DNA of 64,000 nucleotides, from assembly GCA_963575745.1 (NCBI GenBank), contig CAUYUJ010000291.1:1-64000 (forward strand), read 5' to 3'. Each line of letters begins with the position of its first letter. The stretch's first letter is position 1. Below are positions 23,566 to 37,630 of this stretch, in pieces. Made by a program: the position numbers and the translations under genes. The stretch comes from Prorocentrum cordatum (Eukaryota). The notes under the pieces were generated by a model. That model ran no database searches, was not told the origin of the DNA, and saw only the letters and a list, made by a program, of their open reading frames with translations.

Positions 23566-24048
23566 GGACCTCTCCCAGGGTGCGTTCTGGCCAGGACTTC
23601 GCGAGGCAAATCCAGCGGTGGCGACGGGGGCCTCCCAGGAGGGCGACCGAGGGGAGAACGGGCGAAGGGGTAGCGGTACGGGTACCTTTTCCACCGCCGA
23701 CCGATGGCGCTGCTGCTGAGCCCCGCCGCCGCGGCCCCGTTGGCCGCGGGGCGGCCCGGCAGCCCCGCCGCGTCTCTGCCAGCGCGCAAGGCGGCGGCGC
23801 AGACGCCGCGCCACGGGGGAGCCCGGGCGCCCGCGGCGGCGCTGCCGTCCGCCGCCGCCGCGCTCGCCGGGGCCGCTCGGAGGGCACCAACTACATGTTA
23901 CTTCTGAGGGGGGAAGAATCAACAGAAAAGGTGCCCATACCGCTGCCCCTTCGCCTGTTGCCCCCGTTTTCGTCTTCCTGGGAGGCCCTCGTCGCCACCG
24001 CTGGATTCGCCCCGAAATCCGGGTCAAAACGCACCCTGGGAGAGGTCC
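23566..24048. mobile_element. Long (~125-bp) imperfect inverted repeats around a GC-rich core; a third related copy at ~24595-24715
   Basis: GGACCTCTCCCAGGGTGCGTT...CCAGCGGTGGCGAC pairs with GTCGCCACCGCTGG...AACGCACCCTGGGAGAGGTCC. Confidence 0.7.
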
Positions 24049-24740
24049 GGGGAGCTGCGGTATCGGTACCTTTTGGTTTCTCCATCTACAGGGGACAAGA
24101 GGGTTGGATTCCCGCTGGTTCTTTTAAAGGCACCACTGTTCAAAATTCGTTTGGGCATGTCCGAAACGAGCATGCCCAGCACAACCGCATCCAAATAGAC
24201 TGCTCTAAACTCGTTCAGGCATGCTCGAAAGCATGCCAACGTACATTTCTGACGCACGCCCAGCGACCCCGCACGCACGCCTTGCGCACGCAGGCATAAT
24301 TTGGCCTCCCAGGGGTTTTAGAATAATCGAAGGGAGCCCAACAAAAAGGTACGGATACTCGCAGGCGATGTCTCGCTCCCCACACGATTCTTCAAAGAGA
24401 AATCCATTTGCGTAAAAGGAAAAGGAACTTGGGGATACACCCCTATAGAGATTCGGACGCACCCGAATTATCGAGGATGGACGCCCCCCCACCGCATATC
24501 CCCGAGATGGGCCCCGAATCGTTCGTCCAGTCGAAGAACCTCAGGTCCGGGATTGGGGTGGCCATGCCCTTCATTAGATTCTTGCTGCCATCCAGACCTC
24601 TCCCAGGATGCGTTCGGACCAGAATTCCGAGGCGGGTCTAGCCGCGGCGGCGAGGGCCTCCCTTGGAGGCCCAGGAGGGCGGAAACGAAGCAAGGGCAGC
24701 GGCATCGGTACAGTTTCTCTGCTGAGCCGGGCCCCAACGA

Positions 24741-24852
24741 TAGCACACCTGCGCCGATCTTGGACAGGCCGATCTTGGGCCCAGGGCCGTGTGGCGTACG
24801 CACCGATCCTGGGCCCAGGATGAGCCTGGCCAGGATCTGCGTAGCGTGTGTA
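24741..24852. mobile_element. Small imperfect foldback element
   Basis: GATCTTGGACAGGCCGATCTTGGGCCCAGG pairs with CCTGGGCCCAGGATGAGCCTGGCCAGGATC. Confidence 0.6.
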
Positions 24853-25454
24853 GCTGGCGTTTTTCTCGCCGCTCCGCCGCCTCGCCGCTGACGAAAAAAG
24901 TGTGGCTGGCTTCCTCCTAGGCCGCGCTGCTGCTGAGGCGGAGGGCGCCTTGGGGGCCGCATCCGTGGTGCCTGGCGGCAGTGGTTCCGCCGGCCGGGGG
25001 TCCGCTTCTGGAGCAGGAGAGGATCCATGAGTTCGTTTTTTTTTTTGGCCGGGCTCCTACAGTGGAGACCCATGCAAAGAAACACACTGCTTGCCTCCAG
25101 GGTGCCCTGGGTTTCTTGGGCTTCGGTCGTTTTGCGATGAAGAGCGCGACGTTCCCACACCAGAAATCGATGGACGTCCTGGGGTCTCAGGGTTGGGTTT
25201 TCTGTGGAAGGTTCTCTGTGGACGGGCCCCCACCGTACTGGTTGCTCGGTGGGTACTCGCTCGGGCCCCTTGAGGCCACACCGAGGCCCCGGGGCCGTCG
25301 CAAAGACATGCAGGCCGAGGCGCTGAACTATAAGGACCACCTCGGGCTCGGGAGGGTCTGTGGTTTTCGGGCCGTTCGTTTGTCCGGGAGTCTCTTCGTG
25401 GCCGAGGCTCGTTTTTTGGCGCTCCGCATGCCAGCACGATGGCTGCGTATCTCA

Positions 25455-25660
25455 GCGGCAACGATAGGGGCGATAGGCATAGGGGGGCTGCATCGACCCC
25501 TAATCGCCTATTGATCGCCGATAAGGGCCCGATAGCCCCAAGCTGCCCAGGAAGGTGCGGATTCACTATCGGAGGCCTATCGCCGATCTATCGGCGATGT
25601 ATCGCCGATTCCAGGTCGATGCATCTCCCTCCTATGCCAGTCCCCCCCTGTCGTTGCCCC
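25455..25660. mobile_element. MITE with 3-bp TSD (TCA), Tourist/PIF-Harbinger-like
   Basis: TCA at 25452-25454 and 25661-25663; TIR GCGGCAACGATAGGGG..TGCATCGACC pairs with GGTCGATGCA..CCCTGTCGTTGCCCC. Confidence 0.7.
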
Positions 25661-26316
25661 TCATGGGTAGAGCTGAGGAGAGCCCCAGGAGAAGCCCTGC
25701 GGTGCTGGGCCTGTTTCTCTCAGGATCCGAAGCGGAGCGAACTGAAGATCCGTTCCGGTTCGGTGCCCCGTCTGACTTGGCGCGGGTCTTAGAGCCCTTC
25801 TCCGTGTCCTCTGCCTCGTTCTCCTCTGCGCCTCCAAGGGCCTCGGTATGCCTTCTTGGACGCCTCGTGGGGGCTTCGTGAGGCTTTTCTGGCCGTCACA
25901 GGGGGACGTCTTGGAGCCTTCGGGCGACCCACCGAGCTTTTGTGAACCTGCTCTGGGAGCCTTGCGGTCGAGCCTCGAGGCCGTCCTGGAGCTCTCCTGG
26001 GGCTGGCCTGTCTCAGGAGGGGGCGATGTCCGAGGCGGCTCTCTGAGGAGCCCAGGAAACCTTCTGGTCGGGAACTTCAGCATAGCGTGTCGCGCCGCCG
26101 GTTCTTGCCCACCGCGCTTCGGCACGACGCGCTGACCACCTTCCAGTCCCGAAGCGTCAGCGTACCGAGACTTTCCCCGCCTCCTGCCAGAACACGCGAG
26201 AACGGGAGGCTGTTCTGGCAGGGCCTCGGGGTCCATCTCACGGGCACGGTGAGGTTACCACTAAGTCGGCGGGAGCTGCTTTGCTGGAGCTTTGTAATGG
26301 GTGAGGATGTTAAAAA

Positions 26317-27464
<1,148 letters not shown>

Positions 27465-27583
27465 ACAGCCAAAAACCTTTCCCAGCCTCCCGCCCCGCGG
27501 AGCGGAGCGACACGCTATCAGCCCGCAAGGCGTAGCGGGTCGACGGGGCCGACGCCGCGGCACGCATTTCGACACGCCACAGC

Positions 27584-29336
27584 GTGCCTGAGGGCACGGC
27601 AGCGGACAAGGCGCCCGCACGGGTGGTGCTCTTGGTGCGGGCCGCCAGGGGCGGCGCGGAGGACGAGTCCGACGACGAGGCTCCGCCAGCGGCGAAGCGG
27701 TCGGTGCCCTCGCTGGCGCCCCTGGCGCCAGCGGCCGGGGCGGAGCCGGTGAAGTGGAACGGCCGAGAGGTGATGCGGGGCGTGAAAACGACCACAGCCA
27801 CTGCTTTTCTTTTGTTGCCGCCTTCCAGCCCGCAGAAACAAAGCAGTGGTTGTGGTAATTTTCGTTGAGCTTGGCACCAGGGAAATGACCACAACTACTG
27901 CTTCTTTTTCGGCCGGCTGGAAGGCGGCGCAAACAAAAAGCAGTGGCTGTGGTCATTTTCCCGTCCCGCAGGTGACGAAGCCCCTGGGGCTGATGACAGA
28001 CATTCCGAAGGTGCCCGTCGGGAAGCCCTACTCGAAGGAGTTGCGCCTGCTCAAGCACGTGTTCGAGACCGCCACCAAGGGCGACCCTGTGTCCGTGTGC
28101 AACGCCATAGAATCGTACGGTACAGATACGCTGGGACCCACCAGCCAGTGGCTCAAGATCGCGGGGGACGTGAAGACTCTTGTCCTCACTAATGCGGTGG
28201 GGGCGGCCCACCCGAGGGGAGCAATCTTGGAAGTTGGCTGCTACTGCGGCTATTCTTCCTCGCGCATGGCTGCGGCGGCCCCCAAAGGCCACATCTGCAC
28301 GCTGGAGGTGGACCAGGGCTGGACCTAAACGCTGTTTTGCTGGACTCCGGCTGTGTTTTGCTTTTCGTTTTGGCAGGGAAGTACAGGAAAACAGGTAGAG
28401 CAAAACGAACAACAACACGAAAACAAAACGAACAACAACGTTTAGGTCCACCCCTGAGGTGGACCCCGTGCACGTCATCGTAGCTAGAAACGTCCACCTG
28501 TTCGGTGGCATCAGCGACCGCGTCGACGTCTGGACCGGCCACAGCAAGGACCTCGTCGCGCGGATAGAGGGGCGCTACGGCGGCCCTGGCATGTTCAAGG
28601 TCGGCGCCGTCTTCTTCGACCAGAAAGGATCTCGTTACGACGAGGATTGTGGAGGACGGTAAATGGAGAGGACGTATGTTGCCAAATAATTTCCAGATGT
28701 ATAACAATGTTGAACGTATGTCTAAACAAAAAAACATGTTTTGATTTTTTTTTCAGAACCTTGTCCAAACATTATAAGCACATGTTTAATCCAATGATTG
28801 GATTGTTAGGGTGTCCATTGTCCTGGCATCCACAAGACGAGGACCTTGTGAATTTGGAGAAGCAGGGGATGATGCTCCCAGGGGCCTTGGTGGTCGCAGA
28901 CAATGTGCTGAAGCCGGGCGCGCCCATCTGGTGCTGGCGCCTTTTCAAGGGCGTCAATTACTTTAGCCAGATTGTCAGCATGAACGAGTTCGCAATGCCC
29001 TCGGAGGATTGGATGACTCTCTGCATTCGCCGCACCGAGATGCCCCCCGTGCAGAGGCAGGAGTGGCCCAGGAAGCCCCTCACCGAGGAAGACCTGGCGA
29101 ACATGGGTGACGAGACCAACCCGTTGAAGCAGAGGTTGCCGATGGAGGGCTTGCCCGTGCCCACCCAGGAGATGAAGACCATGAACTGGGAGTGCGACAG
29201 GGTCCGAGAGAGGGCATTCTCGGCTGTGCGCAGCGTGACGTTCCAGGAGTGGTCGGAGTTCGCCGCCGACCTGAAGAAGAAGATGGCCGATCATGACATC
29301 GTGGTGACTGTGGACGCGACGACCGCCACTGGGTAA
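27584..29336 (+). CDS. Catechol O-methyltransferase-like SAM-dependent methyltransferase; exons <27584-27769, 27972-28307, 28459-28644, 28842-29336; 5' end not resolved
   Basis: In-frame after splicing: ILEVGCYCGYSS (SAM-binding motif I), TLEVDP, VFFDQKGSRYDEDL, GALVVADNV, matching COMT-family motifs. The terminal GG/GTAAG could alternatively be another donor. Confidence 0.9.
27770..27971 (+). mobile_element. Introner-type intron 1 (GT-AG), 35-bp TIRs, 5-bp TSD GGTGA
   Basis: TGCGGGGCGTGAAAACGACCACAGCCACTGCTTTT pairs with AAAAGCAGTGGCTGTGGTCATTTTCCCGTCCCGCA; TSD 27769-27773 and 27971-27975. Confidence 0.9.
28308..28458 (+). mobile_element. Introner-type intron 2 (GT-AG), ~22-bp TIRs, 10-bp TSD GAGGTGGACC
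   Basis: AGGGCTGGACCTAAACGCTGTT pairs with AACAACGTTTAGGTCCACCCCT; TSD 28305-28314 and 28456-28465. Confidence 0.9.
28645..28841 (+). mobile_element. Introner-type intron 3 (GA-AG), degenerate TIRs, 8-bp TSD GACGAGGA
   Basis: TTGTGGA pairs with TCCACAA; TSD 28639-28646 and 28836-28843; removal restores YDE|DLVNL. Confidence 0.85.
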
Positions 29337-29394
29337 GGCTCTTGCTGTAGGCGAAGCTGCAGGGAAGGCAACTGAGCTGGCATGGTTGGCGTTG

Positions 29395-29406
29395 AATCAT
29401 CATCAT

Positions 29407-29475
<69 letters not shown>

Positions 29476-29590
29476 TATCAGCATCAGCATCAGCATCAGC
29501 ATCAGCATCAGCATCATCCTCCTCCTCATCATCATCATTCTTATCCTCGTCCACTTCCTCACCATTACCGATTTCGCCATCGTCATTACC
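29395..29590. repeat. (CAT)n/(CATCAG)n microsatellite
   Basis: Direct reading. Confidence 0.95.
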
Positions 29591-30499
29591 GCCTTTACTG
29601 AGATCAACATTGATGTCGGGGGCGTGGGGGTGGTTTGGAATCTCGCTCGAATGCGTAAGGGCTTGAATATACACTGTCCAGTCCATGGCAAGGTCTTTGC
29701 AGTTTTTGCATCTTGCTCAAAGCGACCCCTCACGAATCCAAGATCCCATGAATTGGGGAAGAGGGTGGAGGACGAGGCGAAGGATGAGGAGGATAAGGAT
29801 CAGGATGCGGAGGGAGGGGAGATGAGGGTGAGGATCAGGATGCGGAAGAGTAGGAGCAGTAGGGAGAGTCAGGAGGATTGAAAAGGATGAGAATGGGAGT
29901 TGGTGGGGAGGAGGATTTCGCAGCAGGTGCTGGAGGAGTACGTCAGAGGAAGCAAGGAAGAGGAGGCGATGGGAGGGGAAGGGGGGGGCATGGGAGGAGG
30001 GGAGGGGAGGGGAAGGGACAAGAGCAACGGGGAGGGCAGGGGGGAGGGGATCGGAGGGGGTCGGGAGAGAGCATGGAAGACGGTTCTGTGGAGAGCTGCC
30101 TTGGGCCATCTTGAGGTCTCTCAGGCCCCATGGATCCCCGGAGCTGCGAACAGGTCGATTTTGCCTGCCCAGGGTTACACGTTTCTCTCGTCCTACCGTC
30201 CACAACAGGCAATGGGTGCATTATCGAAAGCTGGAGACGGTCCTGTGGAGAGCGGCCTTGAGCCACCCTCAGGCCTCGGAGGCCCCATGGTTCTCCAGAG
30301 CTGCGAGCAGATCGATTTATTCCTGCCCAGGGTGCTATAGTCAGCGCATACACATGATTGCGATTTCTCCTTCGCACATGCGGTTCCTTCTTCCGCCGTC
30401 CGTTGGTTTTGGGTTACTGCACATCCTTCATCGTCGCCATGGCGGATGGACAGGCGCTCACTCGTGCTTTTGATGGGTTGTCTAGTAGGCTTTCAGGAA

Positions 30500-32221
30500 A
30501 GCAACTGGCGAGGCAGCCGACAAGGCAGCCAACGAGGCAGCCTACGAGGCACCCAGCGAGCCGGCGAACGAGGGCTTCGACGAGGCAGCCCGTGGGGCAG
30601 CCAAAAAAACAGCCGTCGAGGCAACCAACAAGGCAGCCAGCGAGGCGGCCAACGAGGTAGCCCACGAGGCAGCCAACGAGGTAGCCCACGAGGCAGCCAG
30701 CCAGGCAGCGACGCGGCCGCCAGGGCAGCCAGCGAGGCAACCGACAAGGCCACCGACAGCACCCGGCAAGGTAACCAGCTAGGCAGCCAACGAGACAGCC
30801 AGCGAGGCAGCCAACGAGGCAGCCATCGAGGCAGCCAACGAGGCAGCCAACAGGCAGCCGAGCAGGCATGCCACCAGGAACCAGGCATCCACACGCCTTC
30901 CCACTCCTCGCCGCCGCTCCCCCGCAGTCGTCCGCACCCTTCCGCACTCCGCCCAAAAGCTCCGAAACCCTGCCATTCCATTCCTCCAGGCCCTCCGCAC
31001 TTTCCCCAAGAACTCTAGAACCTCCCAATTCTCTCTCTCTCTCTCTCACACACACACACCCGCACTCCCCCCGAAACCTCCGCAACCGTCCCATTCCCTT
31101 CCACCCCTCCGCACTCTTCGCAAACTTTCCGCAACCGTTCCAGTCCTCCGACCCCCCCCCCCGCACTCTTCCCGAAACCTCCGCAATCCTGCCATTCTCT
31201 CCACCCCTCCACACTCTTCCGGAACATCCGCAACTCTCACTCCTCTACACCTCCGCATCCCTCCCGAAACCTCCGCAACCCTCCCATTCCTCCACATCCC
31301 TCCACACTCCTCCCGAAACCTCTGGAGGTCTTCGATATTTCCCCACCCTTCCGCACTCCTCCCGAACACCCACAACTCTTCACTTCCTCCCGACCCCTCC
31401 GCACTCCTCCCGAACCCTCCGCTACCCTTCCATTCCTCCACATCCCTCGGGAGCTCTTCCATTTTTCCGCACTCCTCCCGAGACCTCCGCAACCCTCCCA
31501 TTCCTCCACATCCCTCCGCACTCCTCCCAAAACCTCAGCGACCCTCCCATTCTTCCAAATCCCTCCGCACTCCTCCCAAACCTTGTGCAACCGTCCCGTT
31601 CCTCCCCACACCTCCGCACACCTCCCGGAGGAGATTTCCGCATCCCATCCATTCTCCCCCACCCATCCGCACTCCTCCCGAAACCTCCGCAACCCTCCCA
31701 GTCTTCCCCAAGCCTCCGCACTCCTTCCAAACCTCCCGCAACCGTCCCACTCGCCCACAACCCTCCGCACTCCTCCCAGTCCTCTGGAACTCTCCAATGC
31801 CTCCAGACCCCTCCGCACTCCTCCTAAACTTTCCGCAACCGTCACATTCCCTTTAAACCTCCACGCTCCTCCCAATCCTCTGGGGATTCTCCAATTCCGC
31901 CAGACCCCTCCGCACTCCTCCTGAAACGTCTCACACCTTATTTCAGCGCCTTCCCCCCAGGAGTAGAACCTCCAACGGTGATGATGCTGCTGATGATGAT
32001 TCTGATTACGATGATCGTGATGATGACGGTGATGGTGACGATGATTATTGTTGTAATGATAATGTTGATGATGTTGATGACGATGGTACTGATGATGATG
32101 ATGATGATGGTGGTGATGATGGTGACAATGGTGTTGGTGGTGGTGTTGCTGCTGATGATGATGCTGATGATGACGGTGATGGTGATGGTTGCTGCTGATG
32201 ATGATGTTGATGATGATGACG

Positions 32222-32269
<48 letters not shown>

Positions 32270-33300
32270 TTGACGATAATGAGGATGATGAGGAGGAGGA
32301 CGATGATGATGCTGATGATGACGATGATGACGACTAGAAGATGACGACGACGACTGCGACGATGATGATGGTGATACTCATTATGATGATGATGACGATG
32401 CTGACGAGAAGGATAAGGATGAGCATGAGGATGATGCTGATGATGACGATGACGATAACGACGATGCCGATGACGATGACGACCATGATGGCGATGATGA
32501 TGACGATAATGGTATGATAATTGCTGGTGGCGATTGTGATGATGATTATGACGATGGTGAAAATGATGACGCCGATGAGAGCGATGATGATTGTACTGCT
32601 GACGTTTGGCATCTGTAGGGCCTCCTCCTCTCCCTCCTCCCTACTCCCACCTGCCAAACAAGATGGGGGATCTCTTCCTGCTCTTTGTCCTCTTCCTCTT
32701 CCTCTCTCTCTCTATCTCTCTCTCACTCTCTCTCTCTCTGTCTCTATCTCTCTCTCTTCTCCCACCTCGTCCGCACTCCTCCCCACTCCTCCGCACTCCT
32801 CCCGAGACCTCCGCAACCCTCTCATTCCTCCACATCCCTCCGCACTCCTCCCGAAACCGCCGCAAACCCTCCCATTCCTTCACGCCCCTCCGCAATCCTC
32901 CCGAACCCTCCGCTACCCTCCCATTCCTCCACATCCCTCCACACTCCTTTCGAACCTTGTGAGGTCGGTCCTGACAAGGACGGGTGACGGGAGGCTGGCT
33001 GGGAATCGCCTGGTGCCGGGTGGCGAGTGCTGGGTGCCGTGTGCCCGGGCGCCGGGTCGCTGGGTGCCGGGTGCAGGTGCTGGGTGCCGGGTGCCGGGTG
33101 CCAGATGCCCGGTGCCAGGTGCCGGGTGCCGGGTGCCGGATGCCGGGTCGCTGGATGGCGGGTGCCGGGTGCCGGGTGCCGGGTCAGAGTCGCGGGGTCG
33201 CCTGGTCGCCGGGTGCAGGCCGGGTGCTGGGTGCCGGGTGGCAGGGCCATTAATGTGCCAGATCCCCGGTGCCGGGTGCAGGGTGCCGGGTGCCGGGTCC
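30500..33300. repeat. Minisatellite mosaic: 12-bp GAGGCAGCCAAC (30500-30870), ~48-bp CCCTCCGCACTCCTCCCGAAACC (30900-31925, 32760-32960), (GAT)n (31978-32600), 7-bp GCCGGGT (33010-33300)
   Basis: Direct reading. Confidence 0.92.
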
Positions 33301-33519
33301 CGACCGACCCACTTGTTAGGTCGCAATCGCGCAAATTCGATGATGCATTATATTTGCGCGTCCCGCCCGCCCGACCCGATCCGCCCGTTAGGGTCCGCCC
33401 GACCGCGACGGGGGCAGGATTCCAGTTTCGGCGGGCACAGACGGTTTCTAGAGGCCATGATTGGGCACGCTGTTTCGGGGGGCAGGTGCGAGAATTTTGG
33501 ACTTCAGTTCGCTCCTTCA

Positions 33520-36500
33520 GGTTTTTCTGGAGGCGGCTTGGCGAGAGAACGGGGGGATGACGACATTTTCCACCAGGAACCAGGTTGGGAGGAGGAGGAG
33601 GAGGAGGAGGAGGAAGAGGAGGAGGGGTACGGGGACGAGGAGGAGGAGGAGGAGGCACGCCAGGACGAACGCTGTCAGGAGGACCGCCACGACGAGAGAT
33701 TTGCTTCGTTCTCGTTTCGTTTCGTTTGAGTTTCGCTTTCGTTTCCGCCCTCGTTTTCGCCTGCGTTCTCGCCGTCGTGCCTCTCTCCTTTCGACTTCGT
33801 TTCCGCTCTCGTTCTCGCATTCGGTCTCGCCTTCGTTTCGTTTCGTTTCGCCCTCGTTTCCGCTCTTGTTCTCGCCTTCGTTATCGCCTTCGTTTCGCTT
33901 TTATTTCCGTCTCGTTCTGCCTTCGCGTTCGCCTTCGTTCCGTTTTCGTGTCGCCCTAGTTTCCAATATCGTTTTCGTTTTCGTTATCGTTTTCGTTTCG
34001 TCGTTGTTTCCCTTTCGTGTCCGCCCTTGTTCTCACCTTCGTTCTCGCTTCGTTCCCGCCTTCGTTCTCGCCTTCGTTTCGCATCCGTTTCCGCCCGAAC
34101 CAAGTGGGCCTTGCCTAACCGAGCCCCTGGGTCTTACCAAACCAACCGCGTTTTCCCAAACCAAGCGGATCTTCCCAAACCAATCACCTAGGTCTTCCTA
34201 AACCAGCTGGGTCTTCCCAAACCGCGCCCCCAAGTCTTCCCAAACCAACCTGGTCTTCCAAAACCGACCGGGTGGTCATGTTTTTTTGGAAGCGGCTTGG
34301 CGAGGGAGCGGGGGGAGGACAACGTCTTCCACCATGCACCAGGCTGAGAAGAGGAGGAGGGGGAGCGACATTGGCCAACAAGGCAAGGGCGGACAAGGGA
34401 AGACAATCCAAGGAGAGAAGACCGAGAGAGCAACAAGAGGGAGAGAGAGTGAAGTCCGCTGCCCTTCAAGAGGGCTATTTTCCCAATGGCCATAGACCAT
34501 GCAAGTGGCGCAGCGGTCATCTCTGCGTGACAGCTGCTGTAACAGAGCCTCGGCATGCTTCTGCACCTGGGCTGCAGTGAACAATTTGTGTTTCTCAAAT
34601 CGTGGTCGGCTTTACTAAATATGTCCAGGGTTCAAACTACGGAGGCCAGGGCTTCATGGGTCATGGCATGAAGAGGAGGAGGGGGACGGGGGCGAGGAGG
34701 AGGAGGAGGCGCACCAGGACGAGCGCTGTCAGGAGGACCGCCGCGACGAGAATTTCGTCTTCGTTCTCTGTTTCGTTCTCGCCTTCTTTTCGCTTTCGTT
34801 TCCGCCCTCATTCTCGCCTTCGTTCTCGCCTTCTTTCCGCTTTCGTGTCGCCTTCGTTTCCGCTATCGTTCTCGCCTTCGGTCTCGCCTTCGTTTCGTTT
34901 CGTTTCGCCCTCGTTCGGTTTTGCTCTCGCCTTCGTTGTCGCCTTCGTTCCGCTTTTATTTCCGTCTCGTTCTTGCCTGTGCATTCGCCTTCGTTTCGCC
35001 TCAGTTTCCGATCTCGTTTTGGCTTGCGTTCTCGCCTCCGTTTCGTTGTTGTTCTCTTTCGTTTCCGCCTTTGTTCTCGCTTTCGTTCTCGCCTTCGTTT
35101 CGTTTTCGCTTGTTTTTGTCTCCGCCATCGTTTCCCGCCTTCGTCTCGCCTTCGTTTCGGTTTCGCTTCCGCTCTCGTTATCGCCATCGCCCTCGCCTTC
35201 GTTTCGCGTTCGTTTCCGTCTCGTTTCCGATGTCGTTCTCGCTTTCGTTCTCGCCTTCGTTTCGCTTTCGTTTCGCTTTGGTTTCCGCTGACGTTCTCGC
35301 CTTCGTTTGGCCCTCGTTTCCGTTTTCGTGTCCGCCTTCGTTCTCGCCTTCGTTTCGCCCCCGGTTCCGCCCGAACCAAGTGGGTCTTGCCTAACCGAGC
35401 CCCCTGGCCTATCCAAAACAAACGGGCTTGCCCAAACCGAGCGGGTCTTCCCAAACCAAGCTACCAGATCTTCCCAAAGCCAACCGGGTCTTCCCAAGCC
35501 GCGCCACCTGGTCTTGCCAAACCAGATGGGTCTCCCCCAACCAGAACCCCGGGTCTTCCCAAACCAACAAACCAAACGGGCCTTCCCAAACCAGCCGGGT
35601 CTTTCCAAACCAAGTTCCGCGCCTTCACAGATCAACCGTATCTTCCCAAACCATCCGGGCTTTCCCAAACCAAGTCTTGGGTCTGCCCAAACCAAGCGGG
35701 CTTTTCCAAACCAACCGGGCGTTCCCAAATCAAGCCCCGGGTGTCACCCGAACCGATGGTTTGGTTTGGGAAGACCCATTAGGTTTTGGAAGGACGCACC
35801 CCCGGGGTCCCCGCCTGAGTTTCATTCGCAGTTCACTCACTTAGGCTCCCGCTCGAAAAGTCGGCCATATTCAGGCTTGAGGAACCCAAAAAGGACGACT
35901 GGTACAAATTTGAAGATTGCCGAATCAGAGTCGTAACATGAGGTGCCGGCCTCAAATTGAAGGAGTCCCGCCTGGGACTTTTTCTCGGAAGTCACTCACC
36001 GACGAGGCTCCCGCTCGAGATTCCCTCCATATTCAGGCCAGAGGAGCCCAACAGTGACGAAAGCTCAAGGTTTGAGGATGGCCCGGCGGGATTAGTAAGA
36101 TGATCTGCGGGCCCCGTAGGCAGAGGCTCCCGCCTGAGGTTTTCCTGCATGTAACTAGCAGACGAGGTTTCTCGCTCGAGACGTCTTCCATACTCAGGCT
36201 TGAAGAGCCCATAATTGACGGCAGTCGCAACTTTGAGGATGACCCAGCGGGATTCGTAACATGATCTGCGGGCTCCCGCCTGAGACATTCTTCGCAATTC
36301 GCTCACGGACGAGGCTCCCGTTCGAGATGTCGTCCATATTCAGGCCTCAAAATACCCACAAGTGACGATTGTTACAGGTTTGAGGATGACCTGGTGGGAT
36401 TCGTAGCATGATCTGCGGGCCCCACAGGGAGGGGGTTCCGGCTTGAGACGTTCTTCGCAATTCATTCATATACATAAACGAGCCTCCCGCTTGAGATGAT
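33520..36500. repeat. Duplicated block of TTCGTTCTCGCC and CTTCCCAAACCA minisatellites (33520-34330, 34670-35780), then a ~170-bp tandem unit (35805-36500)
   Basis: CCGCCCGAACCAAGTGGG junction present twice; GAGGCTCCCGCTCGAGA..CCATATTCAGGC recurs. Confidence 0.85.
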
Positions 36501-36959
36501 GAGTGGGTGAATGAGTGAGTGAGTGGGCGAGTGAATAAATGAATGAGTGAGGGATTGAGTGAGTGAGTGAGTGAGTCAGCGAGTGAGTTAGTGAGTGAGT
36601 GGGTGAGACAGTGCGGATGATAATGTGAGCGAGAGACAGAAACAGAGAGAGAGATGAGAGGGGGTGAAGTGTTCCTGCGCGGGGGGTCCAACGAACACAA
36701 GGACCACACTTAGGATGTGGGGATTTATAGGGAAAGGTAAGGATGTAAGGGTAATGGATGGAGCAGGCGAGCGGGCAGTAGGAAGGTGGACTGGACTGGG
36801 AGGAGGGGCGGAGGGATGAGGGGTGGAGAGGGCCAGGGGGGGAGGAGGAGGACCGCGGGGATGGGAATGGGGGGGTGGGGAGCAAAAGGCGGACCCGCAT
36901 GGGGCCGCCCTCCTCGCGAGCCTGGGTGCGCGAAAAAATAATGCGCACCGGGCAGGGGC

Positions 36960-37630
36960 GGGGTCAACAGTAATTATTCTTCACAAGCGAGAAGTCAACA
37001 ACAACAACAACAGAAGCAACAACAGCAACAACGACAGCAGCAAAGACTACAGTCACAGCAACAAAACAGCCACGACAACGACGAGAACAACAACAACAAC
37101 AGCAACAACAACAACAACAACAACAGCAGCAGCAGCAGCAGCAGCAACAGAAACAACGACAATCATTTTTACGTCTGTTCGCTCTTACCTGCTCGTGTGC
37201 CTTTCAACACGTATATCCCAAACCCTCGATGCCCTCCTTCTTCGTCTTCGATCGTAACTCCTTGAGGGCGCAGCTTCCCTACCTGCCGCGCGGCGCTGGC
37301 GCAGCCCCGACAACAGGGGAAGAGAGGGCGGATGGAAAGGTGGAGGGAGAAGGATGGAACGCGGGAGAGAGTAGCAGGAGGGGGGCCAAGAGCAGAAAGC
37401 ACGCGGCAGAACCACGCGGGCCAAGAAGGCCCCTTTGGGCGCGCTCAGGGCCTCTGGGCTGTGTCCGAGAGCCTCGGTGGGCAGGGGAAGAGAGGGCGCA
37501 TGGAAGGAAGGGGCGAGGGGGGCCTGGAAGTAGATGGAGTACGAGAGAGAGAGAGAGAGAGAGAGAGTGGCAGGAGGAGGGGGGCCAGGAGCAGAAGGCA
37601 CGCGGCAGAACCGCGCGGGCCAGTGAGGCC
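36960..37630 (+). repeat. Dispersed copy of the unit tandemly repeated at 50150-53230
   Basis: (CAA)n followed by TGTTCGCTCTTACCTGCTCG...CGTATATCCCAAAC...CGTCTTCGATCG. Confidence 0.8.
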
